DNA of 64,000 bases from an uncultured delta proteobacterium. GTDB taxonomy: Bacteria; Desulfobacterota; Desulfuromonadia; Desulfuromonadales; BM103. The notes under the pieces are model-generated. The model saw only the letters and a program-made list of their open reading frames with translations, searched no databases and was not told where the DNA came from. The stretch covers positions 29,520 through 93,519 of the forward strand of contig CAWGTV010000002.1 of the NCBI GenBank assembly GCA_963825615.1, written 5' to 3'. A program made the translations under genes and the position numbers. Below are positions 19,852 to 29,830 of the stretch, one piece after another (position 1 is the stretch's first letter; each line of letters begins with the position of its first letter).

Positions 19852-21108
19852 TTAAGTGCGGATCTGGCCATCGCCAAGCACGATGAACTTGCGTGTGGTC
19901 AGATCTTCCAGGCCCATGGGGCCGAAGGAGTGCAGCTTGGTAGTAGAAATGCCGATCTCTGCACCCAGTCCAAACTGGTTGCCATCGGAAAAACGCGATG
20001 AGGCATTTACCATGACCACGCTGGAATTGATCTCGCGCAGAAAACGCTGTGAGTTCTGGTAGTCGCAGGTGACGATCACCTCGGTATGCAGCGAACCATA
20101 CTTGCGGATGTGCGCAATGGCTTCATCAAGACTCTCAACCACCCGTACGGCCAGGGTCAGGTCGAGATATTCGGCGTACCAGTCGTCTTCACTTGCCGGC
20201 AGGACCTCTTCGGCAAATTCGCGGGTGGTTTCACAGCCGCGGAGTTCCACCCCTTGGGCTCGCATGGCCAGGGCAATCCGCGGTACGAAGGTCTCGGCGA
20301 TGTCCTGGTGGATGAGCAGGGTCTCCATGGCATTGCAGACCCCCGGGCGCTGGACCTTGGCATTGATACAGATTTTTTCGGCCTGCTCATAATCAGCGCT
20401 GGCGTCGACAAAGGTGTGACAGACCCCCTTGTAGTGCTTGATGACCGGAATCCGGGAGTGCTCGCTGACGAAACGGATCAGCCCTTCACCGCCGCGCGGG
20501 ATGATCAGGTCGATCTGCTCTTCGAGTTTGAGCAGCTCGAGGATGGCGGTACGGTCCGTGGTTTCAATGACCTGCAGGGCGGCGCCGGGCAGGCCCATGC
20601 GCTCCAGTTCGTTTTTGAGAATCCTGGCGATCGCCAAATTCGAGTGAATCGCTTCCTTGCCGCCACGCAGAATGACGGCGTTGCCGCTCTTCAGGCAGAG
20701 TGCGGCAGCGTCGGCTGTGACGTTTGGGCGCGACTCGTAGACGATGCCGATCACGCCGAGAGGAATGCGCATGCGGCCGATCTGCAGGTCGTTGGGACGT
20801 CGCCACATGCCGGTGATCTCGCCGACCGGGTCGGGCAGGTCGGCGACCTCACGCAGGCCGTCAGCCATCCCGCGGATGCGCGCAGCGTCGAGAGTCAGGC
20901 GATCGACCATGGCGGCGGCCAGCCCTTCTGAGCGGGCCGCGGCAAGGTCCTCTTCGTTGGCTTCGATCAACTCCTCGGTGTGGTCGAGTAGCGCCTTTGC
21001 CATGCGTTGCAGCAATTCGTTCTTGACTGCAGAGGAGAGGCTGGCCAGGGTCTGGGAGGCCTTTTTGGCGTCCTGTGCGATTGTCAGCATCTGTTCAGCT
21101 ACGCTCAT
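19852..21108 (-). CDS. proA: Gamma-glutamyl phosphate reductase
   Basis: 418 aa, full-length ALDH-fold ProA-like sequence, located next to proB. Confidence 0.9.
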   Translation of the reverse strand: MSVAEQMLTIAQDAKKASQTLASLSSAVKNELLQRMAKALLDHTEELIEANEEDLAAARSEGLAAAMVDRLTLDAARIRGMADGLREVADLPDPVGEITGMWRRPNDLQIGRMRIPLGVIGIVYESRPNVTADAAALCLKSGNAVILRGGKEAIHSNLAIARILKNELERMGLPGAALQVIETTDRTAILELLKLEEQIDLIIPRGGEGLIRFVSEHSRIPVIKHYKGVCHTFVDASADYEQAEKICINAKVQRPGVCNAMETLLIHQDIAETFVPRIALAMRAQGVELRGCETTREFAEEVLPASEDDWYAEYLDLTLAVRVVESLDEAIAHIRKYGSLHTEVIVTCDYQNSQRFLREINSSVVMVNASSRFSDGNQFGLGAEIGISTTKLHSFGPMGLEDLTTRKFIVLGDGQIRT

Positions 21109-21158
21109 GGTTTTGCTCCTTCACTGCGCCTGGGTCGGAAAAAAATGGCGACGAGGCC

Positions 21159-22295
21159 CTAGTCTGAGTCTTCACTGGTGTTCATGACCAGGTTATCGCG
21201 ATGGACGATCTCGTCACCGTACTGGTAGCCGAGGATCGTTTCGATTTCCTTGGTTTTCTTGCCGAGGATGCGGCTCAGTTCCGCCGAGGTGTAATTGGTC
21301 ACCCCCTTGGCAAATTCGGTGCCATCATGGTTGCACAGGCGTACGGCATCCCCACGCTCAAAGCTACCGTCAATCTTGAGAATTCCCGAGGGCAACAGGC
21401 TTTTCCCCCGCTCGGTCACGGCTTTTTGTGCCCCTTCGTCGAGGATCAGCCGGCCTTTCGGTTTTTTGGTGAAGGCGATCCAGTGCTTGCGGGCGGCCAT
21501 CGGGTCACGTGCCGGCAGAAAATAGGTGCCCAGTTCATGGCCGTCGAAGAGGTAGAGCAGGTTGTGCGGTGTGCGGCCGTTGATAATCGCCGTGCCGGCT
21601 CCGTAGAGGGTGGCACGCTTGGCGGCTTTCAGTTTGGTGGTCATGCCGCCGGTCCCGAGATCTGTGCCTTCGCATCCGGCCATGGCTTCGATGTCCGGAG
21701 TCAGGCGCTCAACCTCGGAGATCAAACTGGCGTCGGGATTGTGGCGCGGGTCACTGTTGTAGAGACCATCGACATCCGAAAGGATGACCAGCAGCTGGGC
21801 TTCTACCAGGTTGGTGGCCATGGCCGAGAGATTGTCGTTGTCACCGAAACGGATTTCATCGACCACGACGGTGTCGTTCTCGTTGATGATCGGCACGATG
21901 CCGTATTCCAGCAGAGTCATCAAGGTATTGCGTGCATTCAGATAGCGCCGTCGATTGGCCAGGTCGTCACGGGTCAAAAGTACCTGACCGGCCTTCAGAC
22001 CGTGTATGCGCAGTGCATCCTTGTAAGCACGCATCAAGCGGCTTTGGCCGATGGCGGCGGCGGCCTGCTTGAGGGGGATGGTCTTCGGTTTGCCGACGAT
22101 GCCGAGGTCCGCCTTGCCGGCAGCAACGGCTCCCGAAGAAACCAGGATGACTTCATAACCGCGCTGGCGAAGCTGGTGCACATCTGCGCAGAGGGTTGCA
22201 ATGCGATCAAGATCGAGACCGTCGGTATTGGAAATAACGCCGCTGCCGATTTTTATGACGACCCGCTTGACATGTGCCAGAAGAATTGTGCGCAT
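21159..22295 (-). CDS. proB: Glutamate 5-kinase (with C-terminal PUA domain)
   Basis: 378 aa. Amino-acid-kinase N-terminus VVIKIGSGVI and a PUA-like C-terminus. Confidence 0.9.
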   Translation of the reverse strand: MRTILLAHVKRVVIKIGSGVISNTDGLDLDRIATLCADVHQLRQRGYEVILVSSGAVAAGKADLGIVGKPKTIPLKQAAAAIGQSRLMRAYKDALRIHGLKAGQVLLTRDDLANRRRYLNARNTLMTLLEYGIVPIINENDTVVVDEIRFGDNDNLSAMATNLVEAQLLVILSDVDGLYNSDPRHNPDASLISEVERLTPDIEAMAGCEGTDLGTGGMTTKLKAAKRATLYGAGTAIINGRTPHNLLYLFDGHELGTYFLPARDPMAARKHWIAFTKKPKGRLILDEGAQKAVTERGKSLLPSGILKIDGSFERGDAVRLCNHDGTEFAKGVTNYTSAELSRILGKKTKEIETILGYQYGDEIVHRDNLVMNTSEDSD

Positions 22296-22346
22296 GGTCC
22301 TCTTGCTTGCTCTGAGTCTGAAACTTATTGAAAAAACTGAAAAATA

Positions 22347-23387
22347 TTAGCGTTCATGGTCAATGGTGTCAAGCGGATCGGCCTGGCGCATGCGGTCCAG
22401 TTCCCGGGCGACAGTCGTGACCAGCTCAGGCAGCCCCTCCCTGGTGACGGCCGAGATGGCCAGGGTCCGAAATCCGCGGCTCTCAAAGACCGGGCGGAGC
22501 AATGCTGTCTGCTCCCGGACTTCGGTAATGTCCTGCTTGGTGAAGATTACCAGCATCGGGCGCTCACTCAAAGCCTGGTTGTAGCGTGCCAGCTCGCGGT
22601 TGATCGTGTCGAAGTTCTCCAGCGGATCCCCTTCCTGGAGCGAGGACAGGTCAACGAGGTGGAGAAACAGATCGGTACGTTCTATATGGCGTAAAAAACG
22701 TGCCCCCAGCCCCTGTCCGTCGCTTGCCCCCTCGATCAAGCCGGGTATGTCGGCCATGACAAAGGAGCGGAAGTCGCCGTGGCGGACGACGCCCAGGTTC
22801 GGCACCAAGGTGGTGAAGGGGTAGTCGGCGATCTTTGGCCGAGCGGCGGAGACGCTGGAGATCAGCGTCGATTTGCCGGCGTTGGGCAGTCCCACCAGTC
22901 CGACATCGGCAAGGAGTTTGAGCTGCAGGCGCAGAGTGCGCTCTTCGCCGGGGATGCCCGGCTGGGTGTGGCGCGGCGCCCGGTTGGTCGAGGTGAGGAA
23001 GCGGGCATTGCCGCGTCCGCCCTGACCGCCTTTGAGTAGTAGAAAACCTTGGCCGGCTTTGGTCATGTCGGCAAGCAATTCACCGGTTTCGTCGTCATAG
23101 ACCAGTGTCCCTGGCGGGACCTTGATGGTCAGGTCTTCACCACTCTTGCCGTGCATGTTCTTGCCCATGCCGGGAGTGCCATTCTGAGCCTTGATATGCT
23201 GCTTGTAGCGCAGGTCAAGGAGCGTTGAAAGGGCCATATCCACTTCGAGCAAGACATCCCCGCCGCGACCGCCGTCGCCACCATCCGGCCCGCCAAGCGG
23301 CACAAACTTCTCGCGGCGGAAGGAAAGACAGCCGCGACCGCCATCTCCGGATTTGACGTGAATTTTAACTTCGTCGATGAATTTCAT
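22347..23387 (-). CDS. obg: GTPase Obg/CgtA
   Basis: Obg-fold N-terminus [28 protein letters not shown] and G1 motif GLPNAGKST. Confidence 0.9.
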   Translation of the reverse strand: MKFIDEVKIHVKSGDGGRGCLSFRREKFVPLGGPDGGDGGRGGDVLLEVDMALSTLLDLRYKQHIKAQNGTPGMGKNMHGKSGEDLTIKVPPGTLVYDDETGELLADMTKAGQGFLLLKGGQGGRGNARFLTSTNRAPRHTQPGIPGEERTLRLQLKLLADVGLVGLPNAGKSTLISSVSAARPKIADYPFTTLVPNLGVVRHGDFRSFVMADIPGLIEGASDGQGLGARFLRHIERTDLFLHLVDLSSLQEGDPLENFDTINRELARYNQALSERPMLVIFTKQDITEVREQTALLRPVFESRGFRTLAISAVTREGLPELVTTVARELDRMRQADPLDTIDHER

Positions 23388-23475
23388 GTGCTCGTGGCGT
23401 GTGGCGCGTGGCGCGTGGCGCGAAAATCATTTTTCGCACAAAACGTTTCTTGCCACTTTCTTCTTTCTTTGTAAC

Positions 23476-23517
23476 ATAAAAAACCCGAAGCTCACTGGAG
23501 AACCTCGGGTTTTTTGA
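23476..23517 (-). terminator. Hairpin plus U-tract between rpmA and obg (terminator/attenuator)
   Basis: Minus-strand RNA reads ACCCGAGG-loop-CTTCGGGT followed by TTTTTTAT. Confidence 0.45.
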
Positions 23518-23536
23518 CTTATTCAGGAGCCCTGCT

Positions 23537-23788
23537 TCAGGCGTAGACGCTGACTTTCTTGCGGTCCTTGCCGAGGCGCTCGAACTTGACCTTGCCTTCA
23601 ATCAGGGCGAAGAGAGTGTAGTCCTTGCCGCAGCCGACGTTATTGCCGGGGTGAACGGTCGTACCGCGCTGGCGAACCAGGATCGATCCGGCTGTTACCA
23701 ACTGGCCGTCGAAACGTTTGACTCCGAGGCGCTTGCCTGCACTGTCACGGCCGTTACGAGAACTGCCGACACCTTTTTTGTGAGCCAT
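23537..23788 (-). CDS. rpmA: 50S ribosomal protein L27
   Basis: [16 protein letters not shown]... is a canonical L27 N-terminus. Confidence 0.95.
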   Translation of the reverse strand: MAHKKGVGSSRNGRDSAGKRLGVKRFDGQLVTAGSILVRQRGTTVHPGNNVGCGKDYTLFALIEGKVKFERLGKDRKKVSVYA

Positions 23789-23799
23789 GGTTTTACTCC

Positions 23800-24108
23800 T
23801 TAAGCTTCAATAGCTGTAATCTTCAAACGGGTGAGAGGCTGACGGTGGCCGTTCATCTTGCGATAGTTCTTGCGACGCCTAGATTTGAAGACCAGGATTT
23901 TTTTGTCTTTGCCCTGCTCAACGATCTGCGCCTTGACTTTCGCTTCAGGTAAGAGAGGTGTTCCGATTTTAACCTCTTCTCCGCCAACCATGAGGACTTC
24001 GTTCAGTTCGATGGTATCGCCCACCGCACCGTCCAGTTTTTCGACCTTGAGAAGGTCGCCTGCGGAAACTTTGTATTGTTTTCCTCCGGTTTTAATGACC
24101 GCGTACAT
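23800..24108 (-). CDS. rplU: 50S ribosomal protein L21
   Basis: [14 protein letters not shown]... is a canonical L21 N-terminus. Confidence 0.95.
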   Translation of the reverse strand: MYAVIKTGGKQYKVSAGDLLKVEKLDGAVGDTIELNEVLMVGGEEVKIGTPLLPEAKVKAQIVEQGKDKKILVFKSRRRKNYRKMNGHRQPLTRLKITAIEA

Positions 24109-24168
24109 GCCGATTCACCTCGCATTCTTGCCTGGGTTTGCGGACGTGAATCCGCTCAGGAACTGGTA

Positions 24169-24197
24169 CTTATACGTCTGCGCTGCAGGCATGTCAA
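24169..24197 (-). promoter_or_regulatory. Sigma70-type promoter for rplU-rpmA(-obg)
   Basis: On the minus strand: TTGACA, 17 nt, TATAAG, about 60-75 nt upstream of the rplU ATG. Confidence 0.45.
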
Positions 24198-24220
24198 GAA
24201 AAAATTGGTGATGGCGCCAC

Positions 24221-25732
24221 TCAACCGACAATGATCTCGAACTGTTCAAGATGAAAGCCCTGGCGTGCCGTGATCGTGATCTGCTTTTCAAATTTTTTCT
24301 CCAGTTCCTCGATGCCGTGACGCTCCTCGTCGTAAAGGAGTGACGCGATGTCGGGATGCACCAGCAGCGTCATGCGATAGCCCGGTGCCGGCCCCATTTC
24401 GCGCTGCAACTCGCGGAAGATCTCGTAAACCGTGGTCGTGCGGCTTTTTACGTAGCCTTTGCCGTCGCAGTAGGGGCAGGACTCGCACAGCGTCCGGCCG
24501 ATGCTTTCGCGGACCCGCTTGCGCGTCATCTCCACCAGGCCAAGTTCCGAGATCTTGAGGATATTGGTCTTGGCCTTGTCGTTTCTCAGGGTCTCCTCAA
24601 GGGCGGCATGGACCTTCTCCCGATGAGGCTCCTTTTCCATGTCGATGAAATCGATGATGATCAGCCCGCCGATATTGCGCAGGCGCAGTTGAAAGGCGAC
24701 TTCCTTGACCGCCTCCAGGTTGGTCTTGAGAATCGTGTCCTCGAGATTGTGTTTGCCGACAAAACGGCCGGTATTGACATCGACGGCCGTGAGTGCCTCG
24801 GTCTGTTCGATAATGATGTAGCCGCCACTCTTCAACCAGACCTTGCGGCCCAGTGCCCGGGCAATTTCCACCTCAAGGCCGAAGGTATCAAAGATCGGTT
24901 CGTTGCCGTGATACTGTTCGACCTGGAAGTTATGGCCGGACATGAAGGTGTCGAGAAAACTGACGATCTTGCGGTACTCGACGGAGCTGTCGACGATGAT
25001 GCGCGAGACGTCCTCGGTCAGAATATCGCGCAGGACCTTGCTGGTGACATCGAGGTCCGAGTGGATCAGGCAAGGGGCTTTTTTGCCTTCGCAGTGTCTA
25101 CTGATATGGTCCCAAAGGTTGACCAGGTAGTCCATATCGGCTTTGAGCTCCTCGCCGTCGCGGCTCTCCGCCACGGTGCGGACAATGAAGCCGGTACCCT
25201 CCGGGCGCATGACGTCCACCAGGTGGCGCAGGCGCTCACGTTCTTCTTCATTCTCAATCCGGCGCGAGATACCGACATGATCAACGGTCGGCATGTAGAC
25301 CAGGTTGCGCCCCGGCAAGGAGATGTGCGAGGTGATGCGTGCCCCTTTGGTGCCGATCGGCTCTTTGGCTACCTGGACCAGCAGTTCCTGCCCTTCCTGT
25401 AACAGTTCCTCGATCGGCGGCAGCGGTGGGCGCTCTTCGCCGGCCTCTTCGCTTTGTCGATCGTGACGATGGCCGACCTCGACGTAGTGCTCGACAGCTT
25501 CCATCTCATCAAGCACGTCGGCGACGTAGAGGAATGCCGCTTTTTCCAGGCCGATATCGACAAAAGCCGCCTGCATGCCGGGCAGGACCCTGATCACCCG
25601 GCCGCGATAGATGTTGCCGACGATGCCGAGCTCACGGTAACGCTCAATGTAGAGTTCGGCAATATGGCCGCTCTCCAAGAGGGCGATCCGCGTCTCATGG
25701 GACGTGGTGTTGATGACCAGTTCTTTGGTCAT
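24221..25732 (-). CDS. rng: Ribonuclease G (Rne/Rng family)
   Basis: 503 aa. S1 domain GNIYRGRVIRVLPGMQAAFVDIG followed by the RNase E/G catalytic core. Confidence 0.85.
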   Translation of the reverse strand: MTKELVINTTSHETRIALLESGHIAELYIERYRELGIVGNIYRGRVIRVLPGMQAAFVDIGLEKAAFLYVADVLDEMEAVEHYVEVGHRHDRQSEEAGEERPPLPPIEELLQEGQELLVQVAKEPIGTKGARITSHISLPGRNLVYMPTVDHVGISRRIENEEERERLRHLVDVMRPEGTGFIVRTVAESRDGEELKADMDYLVNLWDHISRHCEGKKAPCLIHSDLDVTSKVLRDILTEDVSRIIVDSSVEYRKIVSFLDTFMSGHNFQVEQYHGNEPIFDTFGLEVEIARALGRKVWLKSGGYIIIEQTEALTAVDVNTGRFVGKHNLEDTILKTNLEAVKEVAFQLRLRNIGGLIIIDFIDMEKEPHREKVHAALEETLRNDKAKTNILKISELGLVEMTRKRVRESIGRTLCESCPYCDGKGYVKSRTTTVYEIFRELQREMGPAPGYRMTLLVHPDIASLLYDEERHGIEELEKKFEKQITITARQGFHLEQFEIIVG

Positions 25733-25880
25733 GATGAGTCTCCTTGCAAAAGATATATATGGTTAAACCCTTGTCTTTGTGTTGGATCACAGCGATAGCA
25801 GGCGCGGAATTACAGCATTCGGGTCGTCCAGGTCGACGACGACTGCGGGCCATGCATGCTGTGCAGAGGTGCACCCCTCT

Positions 25881-28403
25881 CTATAAATCTACCTGTGTTG
25901 GCGAGTCTTTCAACTCGACGGCGGTTTTGCATATTCCCATAGTGCGCACCTCTTCAACATCCTTTTCCAAAAGGTAGGCGGCAAGAAAGAGGGGGCTTCC
26001 GGAATGCATTTTCATCCAGAGCAGATGGTCCTGCTGATGCAGATCAAGCACCCATGGGCGCAGGTCAATTTCGATGATACGGTTCTTCTTGGTCCTTTTG
26101 GCGATGACGCTTTCCTTCTTGAGAAAGTCTGTCAGGCGATCCCCAAGCTTTGTCCCCGTGCCCTGCGGTAGGGGCACCTTGTAGATCGCCGCGAGGATGC
26201 TGTTAGCTGGGGCTTCACCCTTGCGCGGCCAGCTCTCGGCTTTGAGGATTTTTACTCCTGCGGGGAATTCGCGGTCGAGACGCTCGAAAATGTCCTGTGG
26301 CGCGCAGGTCGTGGTCAGCTCCAGGTCGATGATTTCCGCTTCGCTGGCAACACCAAGCGGCAGGGCATCGCCAAAACTGATGCGCGGGGCCGGATGAAAG
26401 CCTGCCGAGTACTTGATTGGTAGGTCGGCGCGGCGGATTGCCCGATGGATCAGGGTCATATATTCGAGGTGACTGAGGCTGGCAGTGCGGCCAGTTTTGG
26501 TCAGTGTCAAGCGGACTTTCGGTAACAGTTCCGGTTGCTCAATGGCTGCCACCGGCGCCAGTGCAGGGAATACCGGTCGCAGGTTATCGGCAAGGCGCGG
26601 TCTGATGTTTTCGAAATCGCAGAGACCGCAGTAGCTGCATTGGCCGTTTCGGCAGTCCGGAGTCGCCTTGCCGAGTAGGGCGGCTTGGCGCTCGCGTAAG
26701 AGGAAGTGCTTGCTGACCCCGGCATCGATGTGATCCCAGGGAAAGGTCTCTCCTGGCAGGCGCTGGCGCAGATACCAGGCCGGGTCAAGGCCTGCTGAGA
26801 CAAAGGCCTCCTGCCATAGATCCCAACGAAAATGGTCGCGCCAGCCATCAAAGCGACAGCCAAGCTTGACCGCGGCTTCGAGAACCCGTCCCAGTCGGCG
26901 ATCGCCGCGAGCAAAGACGCCCTCGAGGAAGGAGAGTTCCGCTTCGTGCCATTTCAGACGCAGCCGTCGTTTTTTAAGGCCCTCGCGCAATTTTTTTTGA
27001 CGAGCCAGCGTCTCATTGATGCCGATCTGGGCGTCCCATTGAAAGGGCGTGTGGGCTTTGGGAACGAAGGTCGAGACCGACACGTTCACATCGGCTCCTC
27101 CCTGGGTCCCGCGCCCGGCTGCCTTGACCTGCGCGGAAAGATCAACCAAGGCGTCCAGGTCCTCTGCTGTTTCGGTCGGCAGGCCGATCATGAAGTAGAG
27201 CTTGATAACACGCCAGCCGAGCTCAAAGGCGGCGCGGGCGCTTGTCACCAGGTCTTCTGCAAGGATTCCTTTGTTGATCACCTGGCGCAGGCGTTCGCTG
27301 CCCGCCTCGGGAGCGAGGGTAAAACCGGTTTTGCGGACTTTTTTGATCTCGTTCATCAGTTCCGGCGTGAGGGAGCCGACCCTAAGGCTTGGCAGGGAGA
27401 TGGCCACGCGCTGGTCTGCATAACAACCCATGAGATCCTGTATCAGCACTTCGATGGCGCTGTAGTCGCCGGTCGAGAGCGAGAGCAGGGAGACCTCGTC
27501 GTAGCCTGAGTGGCGTAGCAGTTTGTCAACGATTTTGCGGATAGTCTCCGGCTGCCTTTCCCGCACCGGACGATAGATGTAGCCGGCTTGACAGAAACGG
27601 CAGCCACGGGTACAGCCACGTGCTACTTCGACGGCGACCCGGTCGTGGATGGTTTCCAGGAAGGGTACTATCGGCTGTTCCGGGTAGGGCGCAGAGTCGA
27701 GGTCTACCAGCACCCGGCGGCGGACTTTCGGCTGCTGCGGGTCATGTGGTGCGATATCGGCGACCCGGCCGTCAGGGTGATAGGTGACGGCGAAATGCGC
27801 CGGAACGTAGATGCCCTCGATCGTTGCCAGGCGTTGTAGCAGTTCCGCCCGGGTTTCACCTGCGGCTCGGCTGCATCGAACGGCATCGCAGAGTTCAACG
27901 ACAACCTCTTCACCGTCGCCGATGACGGCGCAATCGATAAAGTCGGCGATGGGTTCCGGGTTGAAGGCGCAGGGCCCCCCTGCCACCACCAGAGGTGCGT
28001 CGTCCCGCCGTTGGTCGGCTCGCAGTGGTAATCCAGCGAGGGTGAGCATCGTCAGGATGTTCGAATAGCAGAGTTCGTACTGCAGGGAGAATCCGACAAT
28101 GTCAAATTCACCCAAGCTGCGGCCGCTTTCCAGGGTCGTAAGCGGCAGATTGTCATTGCGCAGCTGTGCCTCGCGATCTGGCCAAGGGGCATAGGTGCGC
28201 TCTGCGGCAATCCAGGGTGTGTCGTTGAGCACCCGGTAAAGGATGGCCGAGCCGATATGGCTCATGCCGACCTCGTAAACATCGGGGAAGGCTAGTGCGA
28301 AGGTAATGTCAACCTGGCTGTGGTCTTTGCAGACACTGCCGCGCTCGCCGCCCAGGTAGCGAGCGGGTCGGTTCAGTTGGTAAAGAGATGATTCTTTCGT
28401 CAT
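25881..28403 (-). CDS. Large radical-SAM protein (B12-binding-like N-terminus, radical-SAM core, DUF2344-like C-terminus)
   Basis: 840 aa. CxxxCxxC motif in ARGCTRGCRFCQAGY. This family commonly neighbours rng. Confidence 0.8.
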   Translation of the reverse strand: MTKESSLYQLNRPARYLGGERGSVCKDHSQVDITFALAFPDVYEVGMSHIGSAILYRVLNDTPWIAAERTYAPWPDREAQLRNDNLPLTTLESGRSLGEFDIVGFSLQYELCYSNILTMLTLAGLPLRADQRRDDAPLVVAGGPCAFNPEPIADFIDCAVIGDGEEVVVELCDAVRCSRAAGETRAELLQRLATIEGIYVPAHFAVTYHPDGRVADIAPHDPQQPKVRRRVLVDLDSAPYPEQPIVPFLETIHDRVAVEVARGCTRGCRFCQAGYIYRPVRERQPETIRKIVDKLLRHSGYDEVSLLSLSTGDYSAIEVLIQDLMGCYADQRVAISLPSLRVGSLTPELMNEIKKVRKTGFTLAPEAGSERLRQVINKGILAEDLVTSARAAFELGWRVIKLYFMIGLPTETAEDLDALVDLSAQVKAAGRGTQGGADVNVSVSTFVPKAHTPFQWDAQIGINETLARQKKLREGLKKRRLRLKWHEAELSFLEGVFARGDRRLGRVLEAAVKLGCRFDGWRDHFRWDLWQEAFVSAGLDPAWYLRQRLPGETFPWDHIDAGVSKHFLLRERQAALLGKATPDCRNGQCSYCGLCDFENIRPRLADNLRPVFPALAPVAAIEQPELLPKVRLTLTKTGRTASLSHLEYMTLIHRAIRRADLPIKYSAGFHPAPRISFGDALPLGVASEAEIIDLELTTTCAPQDIFERLDREFPAGVKILKAESWPRKGEAPANSILAAIYKVPLPQGTGTKLGDRLTDFLKKESVIAKRTKKNRIIEIDLRPWVLDLHQQDHLLWMKMHSGSPLFLAAYLLEKDVEEVRTMGICKTAVELKDSPTQVDL

Positions 28404-28878
28404 TTAAGGCCCAGGTGCTGCTGACTGGTCTCACGAGACAAGTCGGCCGCTGATGGCAAATTACTGTTATGCGAAAACATTAAAAATAGCACGTTTATTT
28501 CGATCTGAACAAGAGAATCTCCGGTTTATCAAAGAAATTGAACGAGAATGTACGCGAGTGTCAAAACCTTTGGACGAACTCGCTTGCCATGTGGATTTGT
28601 CACCCACTTATGGTAATCCGGCTATGTCGCTGGTATGGCAGTTGACTGAGTAATTTATCCAGAGTCCTGCTCCATTGACCAGGTCAGCATGCTTTGTGAC
28701 GGCAAAAAACAGAGGTGTCCCCTGATGACGAACAAGGTGAGCAGGCATTTAATGTGGGCTCTTCCCGCCGTCCGGTTTCGGGGGTGTAGCAGTAATTTTT
28801 GAAAGCAACGAAAAAGAGCAGAAGGATGGCGTATTGGAAAGGCTTTGTTTCACTGCGCAGAACGACTTCAGGGACCAA

Positions 28879-28983
28879 TCAGCGATTGCGGATGCTGTGT
28901 TTTGTAGCAAGACATTGACGACAAGCGGATGAGTACGCTTTGCCGCACTCCTTACACTGCTGCAGTTTTGTGTTGTCGTTCAT
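28879..28983 (-). CDS. Candidate 34-aa zinc-ribbon mini-protein
   Basis: MNDNTKLQQCKECGKAYSSACRQCLATKHSIRNR* has CxxC-N8-CxxC. A GAGGA SD lies about 10 nt upstream. It is too short for the ORF track. Confidence 0.3.
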   Translation of the reverse strand: MNDNTKLQQCKECGKAYSSACRQCLATKHSIRNR

Positions 28984-29327
28984 GGGGAGGTTTCCTCTAT
29001 ATGTAGTGTCTGGATAATGGCCTCATACCATAGGTCGTATGTTAATCCCTATAACTGGACGGAGCAAGTTATATTTTAATCCATATCGGCTTTTTTACTT
29101 GCGTCTGGCCAGGATGGATGATGATAGCACAGTGCATGGTAAAACATGTTGCTGGATGGCTGATTTTTTGGCAGGAACATTAGTGAGGTTTGAATAAAAA
29201 ACATAGAAATAAACATTAGTAGTCAGTCCCTGCCGAGACAGGAAGCGCTCAGTTTTTAATATTTAAATAATAATAACGGTAACTTATGCTGATTTACGAA
29301 AAAATGAAAATATTTTAACTTTTCTTG

Positions 29328-29356
29328 TTGACATGAAATTATTTTAATGTTAAAAG
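29328..29356 (+). promoter_or_regulatory. Sigma70-type promoter of the small-peptide unit
   Basis: TTGACA (29328-29333), 17 nt, TAAAAG (29351-29356), preceded by a very AT-rich UP-like stretch. It lies about 40 nt upstream of the first ATG. Confidence 0.4.
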
Positions 29357-29399
29357 TTTAATCAAGAGTAAGGGACAACGCACATCACAGGAGGACGTT

Positions 29400-29546
29400 A
29401 TGAAAACTCAAAGCCGCTTCATGGATACCGTTAAAAGCAGTTACCTGGTTCTGATCATCGCCATGCTCGGCGTGTTCGCTTTTATCTCGGCCGTGTTGAT
29501 CGCCTGGCCGGCGCTCGCCTACATCGGCTCGAAACTGTTCAACTAG
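29400..29546 (+). CDS. 48-aa single-TM peptide, copy 1 (unassigned family)
   Basis: MKTQSRFMDTVKSSYLVLIIAMLGVFAFISAVLIAWPALAYIGSKLFN*. SD AGGAGGA at 29389-29395. A paralog lies immediately downstream. Confidence 0.5.
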   Translation: MKTQSRFMDTVKSSYLVLIIAMLGVFAFISAVLIAWPALAYIGSKLFN

Positions 29547-29600
29547 GAATCTCAACAATCAACCCTCCCGCCCGGCGGGAGCGCCCATAGGAGGCCCACC

Positions 29601-29747
29601 ATGAAAACCGCAGCCACTCTCGTCAATACCGTCAAAGCCAGTTACACCGTCGCCATCATGGGCGTGCTGGGTGTGTTCGCGTTCGTCTCCGCCGTGTTGA
29701 TCGCCTGGCCGGCGCTGGCCTACCTGGGCGCCAAGATGTTCAACTGA
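29601..29747 (+). CDS. 48-aa single-TM peptide, copy 2 (unassigned family)
   Basis: MKTAATLVNTVKASYTVAIMGVLGVFAFVSAVLIAWPALAYLGAKMFN*. SD AGGAGG at 29589-29594. 32/48 residues are identical to copy 1 by hand alignment. Confidence 0.5.
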   Translation: MKTAATLVNTVKASYTVAIMGVLGVFAFVSAVLIAWPALAYLGAKMFN

Positions 29748-29799
29748 GATAAAAAAGGAGCGGGGACAACTCCCCGCCTCCTGTAGTCACAATAAAAAA

Positions 29800-29830
29800 G
29801 GCCGCCCCCGGAAGGGGGCGGCCTTTGAAT
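29800..29830. terminator. Bidirectional rho-independent terminator
   Basis: GGCCGCCCCC-GGAA-GGGGGCGGCC is flanked by an A-run upstream and TTTGAATTTT downstream. It sits between the small-peptide unit (+) and the ferritin-like gene (-). Confidence 0.6.

Noticed and set aside
28453-28653. The 66-aa + strand ORF in the low-GC gap.
   Set aside because: There is no Shine-Dalgarno sequence before its ATG, no recognisable motif, and its composition matches the surrounding spacer. It is not supportable as a gene from sequence alone.
29400-29747. Reading the two 48-aa peptides as light-harvesting alpha/beta-type antenna polypeptides or as a class IIb two-peptide bacteriocin.
   Set aside because: Neither peptide has a conserved His to ligate pigment. 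There is no double-glycine leader, no adjacent ABC exporter or peptidase, and no immunity gene. The resemblance is architectural only.
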